From Podarcis melisellensis (taxonomy: Eukaryota), in the NCBI GenBank assembly GCA_964234715.1, contig OZ174287.1: a DNA stretch of 64,000 nucleotides; one strand, written 5' to 3'. The position numbers and the translations under genes are program-made. The notes under the pieces are model-generated. The model was not told the origin of the DNA, ran no database searches, and worked only from the letters and a program-made list of their open reading frames with translations. Of this stretch, positions 59,462 to 64,000 are shown piece by piece. Each line of letters opens with the position of its first letter. Position 1 is the first letter of the stretch.

Positions 59462-61331
59462 GTGGCAATGGAACTTGTTACTGGGGTGTGGGACTCACTA
59501 GAATCCACTGGGCTGGGGAGAGGGCCTGAAGCGCAAGTCCAAGCGGGTGCAGATGTCCCAAGGCAAATTTGAAGCTACTGTTGGAATCCAAATGGAAAGT
59601 CCAAGGCTGCAAGTTTATGCCCACTTACTTGGGGGTAAGCCCCACTGAATTAAACGGGACTTACTTATGAGTAGACATGGGTATGATTGCAGCACTCAAG
59701 TGGTATAGGGGCTTATTTTTATATGAGGTGATTTGCTGCAGAAACCATGAGGAAAACACATGTATCTATGAAAAACCTTATTATTGACACTGAGAGGAAA
59801 TAAATTAATTTTGTTACAAATTATAATATTCTTGTTAATTGTTCTGTGCACCCCAAATGTAAATTCCACTATGTTCAGTGGAATGAGTGCCAGATTTAGG
59901 GTGGTACAGGTGGGTCCCACACAGGGTGCCAAGCCAAGGGGGAGAAAAATTGAGAATATCCATAATTGAGAAGAATCATTTGGGGGTACCAAAATTTGGG
60001 GGTGGCCATATTACAAAGATTACCAAAATCCACCTCGGTGGAACTTACTTCTTCCATTCAGAAGTTACACCAGGTAAGTGGGCACAGGAGAGCTGCTTGT
60101 TAGAAAACCATTATAATTTAAATAAAAGAAACAATACGGAAAAGGAAATAGTACCAGCAGGTGATCTTTTTCTTTCCCATATAGTGATCATTACTAATGA
60201 CTGCTGGTACTTAACTCTGCTCTAAAAGATACCGAGAGTGTACAGCCTGATCATATTTCATACAGTCTACAGGAAACTGCAAGAAAGTAGCTTGGGTTTC
60301 ATCACTTCATGGTGGTTGTTTTTAGATTAGAGTAGTAGAAACATTTGCTTGATTAGTTTGGACAAAACTTATCTTGCATTATACCATTTCCTGGCCAAAC
60401 ACACAATCACTGCAGCATTTTCTTTTCTTTTCCCATCAGTGAATTTGTTCTGTTATATTTGTACCCTCTTTCACTATATATGTCTTGCTAAAAAAATTTC
60501 TATTTTTTTTTAACGAAAGCTAAATCTGCTTATCCCATGGTCCTGAAAATAAAAGTGCCTTTGAGGATGTGCATGCCACCGCAATCTTTGGGCAGTGTGA
60601 AATTACAGGGGTTCCAGGCGTTTCCTTCAGGAATGAGGCACAGTGGGGACTGTGGTGTCTTTATGACATATGGTTTATTTACACATATATACGACCTGAG
60701 CCTATGATGGAGGGGTGCACAGCATTAAAGCCCCAAGGAGGTCCTGCTTCTCCCACAGCCTTGGATTCCAGCATAAATCAGGCCTGGCTCTCGCTCTCTC
60801 TGCCCTTGCAGCCTGTAGTTTTTGCCTGCAGCTTCTAGCTCATATCCCTCAACTCTGGCCTTTTGTATTTCTAAGGAACAGACAGTTGAGGGAGGCAAGC
60901 CCACAATTTTTAGCGGGCCATCACCAGGCTGGCCTGGCTATTCCATGCTGGGTCCAGGCATTAGGAGGAGGTCCAAGCATTCAGACCACCCCCTCTCCTA
61001 CCAAACTCCTAACACTACAAATATGAGGGTCACATCTGTTGCTCTCCCGACTTTTACCTCTTGCTGTGCCTACTTTTTGCCTCTGGCCCTGCCCATCATT
61101 GATATGTCGCCCCTACAAGGTTGCCCATGAAGTAATGCCATCAGTCCTCAGACTCATGGAAGTTCCCCACCCTGGTCTAGGTGGGGATAGGTTCAGATCC
61201 CCACCCTCATATGAAGCTGACTGGGTTACCCTGAGTCAGTCACTCAGCCTATTCCAATAACTGATAGGGCTGGTGAAGGATAAAATGGGCAGGGGGGTGG
61301 GGAGAATCTTCTATGGGTCCAGCCATTCCTG

Positions 61332-61965
61332 TGTGATAGGAATTTTATGGTCTTAGATATATGGCAATGTTCATAACCGCACATACATAGATCAACACAG
61401 GAAGGCCAACCTGGAACCATTTTGATTCCTAAACTGACCAAATGTTTTCTCTGCAAGGTCAAACTGGAAAAGTCTCCCCATTGTCTCTTTCCTCACAAAT
61501 CCTGTCTTAAGGACACATTTAAGATATGAATAAGGTGTGAGCCTGTGACCTGGCCTAGGAAATAAGTATTTTACCACTACAAAAGAATGGCCAGGTTCCC
61601 CAGGAAATCCAATCAAGTAACTTGCCAGACAGGAGATAAACAAGGACAAGAGAAAAACAACATTTAAATTTCTGTGATGTAGGTGGGATGTTTCTGGGGG
61701 TGGTCTTGATCTAGAGGATGGGAATTTCAAAAGTCTTTATAAGCCCTTGCACAGCAATTTTGGGGGTCCTCCTCCTCTCCTGCGTGTGAGGGGAGTACCC
61801 TGTTGCAACAGATCAATAAAGATCAGGCTTACTAGCTGCTTTGCTTCTCAATATTCTCTGGTTGGCCTCTGTTCTTTTCTCCTACCTATAGGGAACCTAT
61901 GTAAGGACTCTATATGGGCTCTTGGATACCCCATAAGGGAAAAGGGCATATTTTTATTTACAACA
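61332..61965 (+). mobile_element. Solo LTR (634 bp), ERV1-like
   Basis: TGTG...AACA termini; exact 4-bp TSD CCTG (61328-61331 and 61966-61969); TATA-like TTTATAAG at 61736; AATAAA at 61815. Confidence 0.85.
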
Positions 61966-62199
61966 CCTGCATCCTCTCCTGCTAAGAGTTCCAGCTTCTA
62001 TCACACACGGTAATTGCCGCCAACCCCTTTTCTGACGACAGGCTTTTGTGCCATTTTAACAGCAGCACAACAGGCAGAAATCCAGCAGGTGCTATTTTAC
62101 CTCTTACTTCAGCCTATTATTATTATTTGGGGGAATACACACAATTTCTGTTGTTGAAGAGGGCTGTGTGTCATACACCTTGCCCCCCAAGCCCCTTAG

Positions 62200-63250
62200 T
62201 GACTAGCCTGCTGATCTCCCTCCGGGCAGTGGAGTGTCCCGCTGTCCTTGCCCTCAGGCAGCGAAATGTCTTGGGCCGACCTTTGCTCCCAGGCATGTTC
62301 CCATGCACTACTCCCGTGTTAACGGTGCACCTTCCGGATTCGAACGGACGAGAGGCGATCGTTACGCTGCACATTCTCGGAAGCAGCATTCTCTCCCCGC
62401 CTGCCCCGTCCCTATTCCACGGCGCGGTTTCTGCAAGAGCTCGGTTGCCACGAGGAAACACGTTCCTCCGGGGTGGCCTCTAGTAGAAGCTCCGGATCAG
62501 AGGCTCCGAGCTTCCCTCTCTTCCTCGACGCCCCCGCCCCTATTTCAAAACCCGAATACTCGTCGCTTGCGGGGCTGGAGAAGGGTGGGAGGGAGGGAGG
62601 AGGACTCCTGGGTCCGCCCCCTACTCGCGTCTGGCAGGAACAGGCGCCGCTGCTGCAGTTGCCACTCTCCCTGTCTTGCAGACCTCTCCACCAATGAGCG
62701 AGAACGAGGGAAGGCAACGTTGGCGAATCTGCGAGGCGCACCGCCCCTCCGCCACCCTCCTCTCGACGTCTAACATTCTCCCCGTCGTCGTCCCCCCCCG
62801 GCCCTCGGAGCTCCCCCTCCCCACTCAGCAGGGTCTCTTCTCGGGGAGGGAAGAGGCGCAAAAGCGCAGCCGGAGCCGATTCCGCCGCCCATCTCGAGGC
62901 GCTTGCCAAAGGGCGAGGAGCCTCCGGATCCCGTTGATCGGCTCTGCTAGCCACCTCTGCGCCCTCCTCCGCATCATCATCATCTTCATCATCACCCTCG
63001 GCAGCCCCACCATTCCTCCCCTGCTCCAGAGAGGCCCGGGTGAGTGGGGAGCGGAGCCAGCCTGGGTCGCAGGAAGCAGTCACTCCTTGGCTCAACTTCC
63101 TTCCCGGACTTGGTACTGGCCCCGGGTGGGGAATCCGGCTCCCCTTCCTTACCCAGCCCCTTATCCTGCTGCCAGCTACCCTAACTCTCCATAGGGACGT
63201 GGCGGAGAAAAAAGGGTGTCTACCACGTGGGTTGCCAGAAGCAGCTGTTG
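62200..63250 (+). promoter_or_regulatory. CpG island with probable 5' exon of the next gene
   Basis: CpG-rich, GC boxes at ~62533 and ~62613, strong donor CGG|GTGAGT at 63039. Confidence 0.65.
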
Positions 63251-63906
63251 CTTGGAATAGAGAGGTGTGTGCATCACAACACAACCCCCCCCCCCTTGGA
63301 TTTCTAAGACGTAATTAGGCTAAACTTACGGAGCTAGTGATATTAGCGAGCAGACACACGCCAAGACTGAGAGACAAAAGAGGTAAGTTTTAAGAGCTCC
63401 AGACTCCTGGGGGTTGCGGGGAAGGGTGGGTCTTATTTGAGGCCATGGCCTGCACAGGGATCCCTCTGCAGTTGTGATACCTACACATTAGTGCTGTGTG
63501 CTTCTGAGCTTGTGAAGGGTGCATAAATAAGCCAGTCGTTCTCTATGAAGACAGCACTTTGCATCAGGGATTAGTGACAGGATTTCCAGACAGACTTGAG
63601 TCATATCATGGCCTCATCCATCTTCCCATACTATATTCAAACCAAGTGGACTCATCCATGTTCATTGGGGGCTGGGGGCAATAGGAAAATAGATCTAAAT
63701 ATCTCCTGAATCTAAGCTAGGTGGCTGGCCTCACAGGATAGTTGTGAGTCAAAAAAGCTGCACTGACTTGTAGGGGGTTTGATGGTCTACAAATAAGAGT
63801 TGTTTAAAGAGGACTTAATTTTCTAATAACTATGCTTAGGGTGGAGAGCCTTGGTCACTTACCTTTGTTTCTCCCTCAAAAGCCACTCACTTCCGCACTT
63901 AAATTA

Positions 63907-64000
63907 ATGATGGATGAGGACAAGGAGGACATGAAAGAAGAGAAGTCAGAGGGGATTCCTATATCTGGCACACCAACAGAGGTCAAAGATGGGGGTGTGG
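63907..64000 (+). CDS. Possible first coding exon of an unidentified gene, truncated by the window
   Basis: Acceptor ttgtttctccctcaaaag| at 63882, then ATGATGG and open frame MMDEDKEDMKEEKSEGIPISGTPTE. Confidence 0.35.
   Translation, partial: MMDEDKEDMKEEKSEGIPISGTPTEVKDGGV

Noticed and set aside
62412-63284. 290-aa - strand ORF and overlapping 172-aa + strand ORF
   Set aside because: CpG-island composition and no recognisable domain; the + ORF spliced 63039 to 63883 stops after a few codons.

Overview
Vertebrate genomic DNA, very probably a squamate and probably a lacertid lizard, inferred from a Sauria SINE, tRNA-Lys/CR1-tail SINEs and L2 tails. Gene order matches human 16p11.2 as I recall it. 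The window holds the 5' half of SRCAP (- strand, runs off the left edge), a complete 18-exon FBRS (-), a complete 11-coding-exon PRR14 (-), a divergent six-finger C2H2 gene (+), and the probable 5' end of one more gene at the right edge. I built all exon chains by hand from GT-AG sites and checked reading phase. The main finding is a 3.7-kb, 1,233-codon Glu-rich ORF in SRCAP intron 1. It ends exactly at a splice donor and stays in frame through the two normally non-coding 5' exons into the canonical SRCAP ATG. This predicts an 'extra-large' SRCAP isoform with a ~1,320-aa N-terminal extension, or a stand-alone protein if the donor is skipped. An H/ACA snoRNA of the SNORA30/37 type lies in the adjacent intron. 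Also present: an intact solo LTR, nested transposons, tandem uORFs in PRR14 and dense homotypic motif clusters at the FBRS promoter. Homology statements come from memory, not from database searches.
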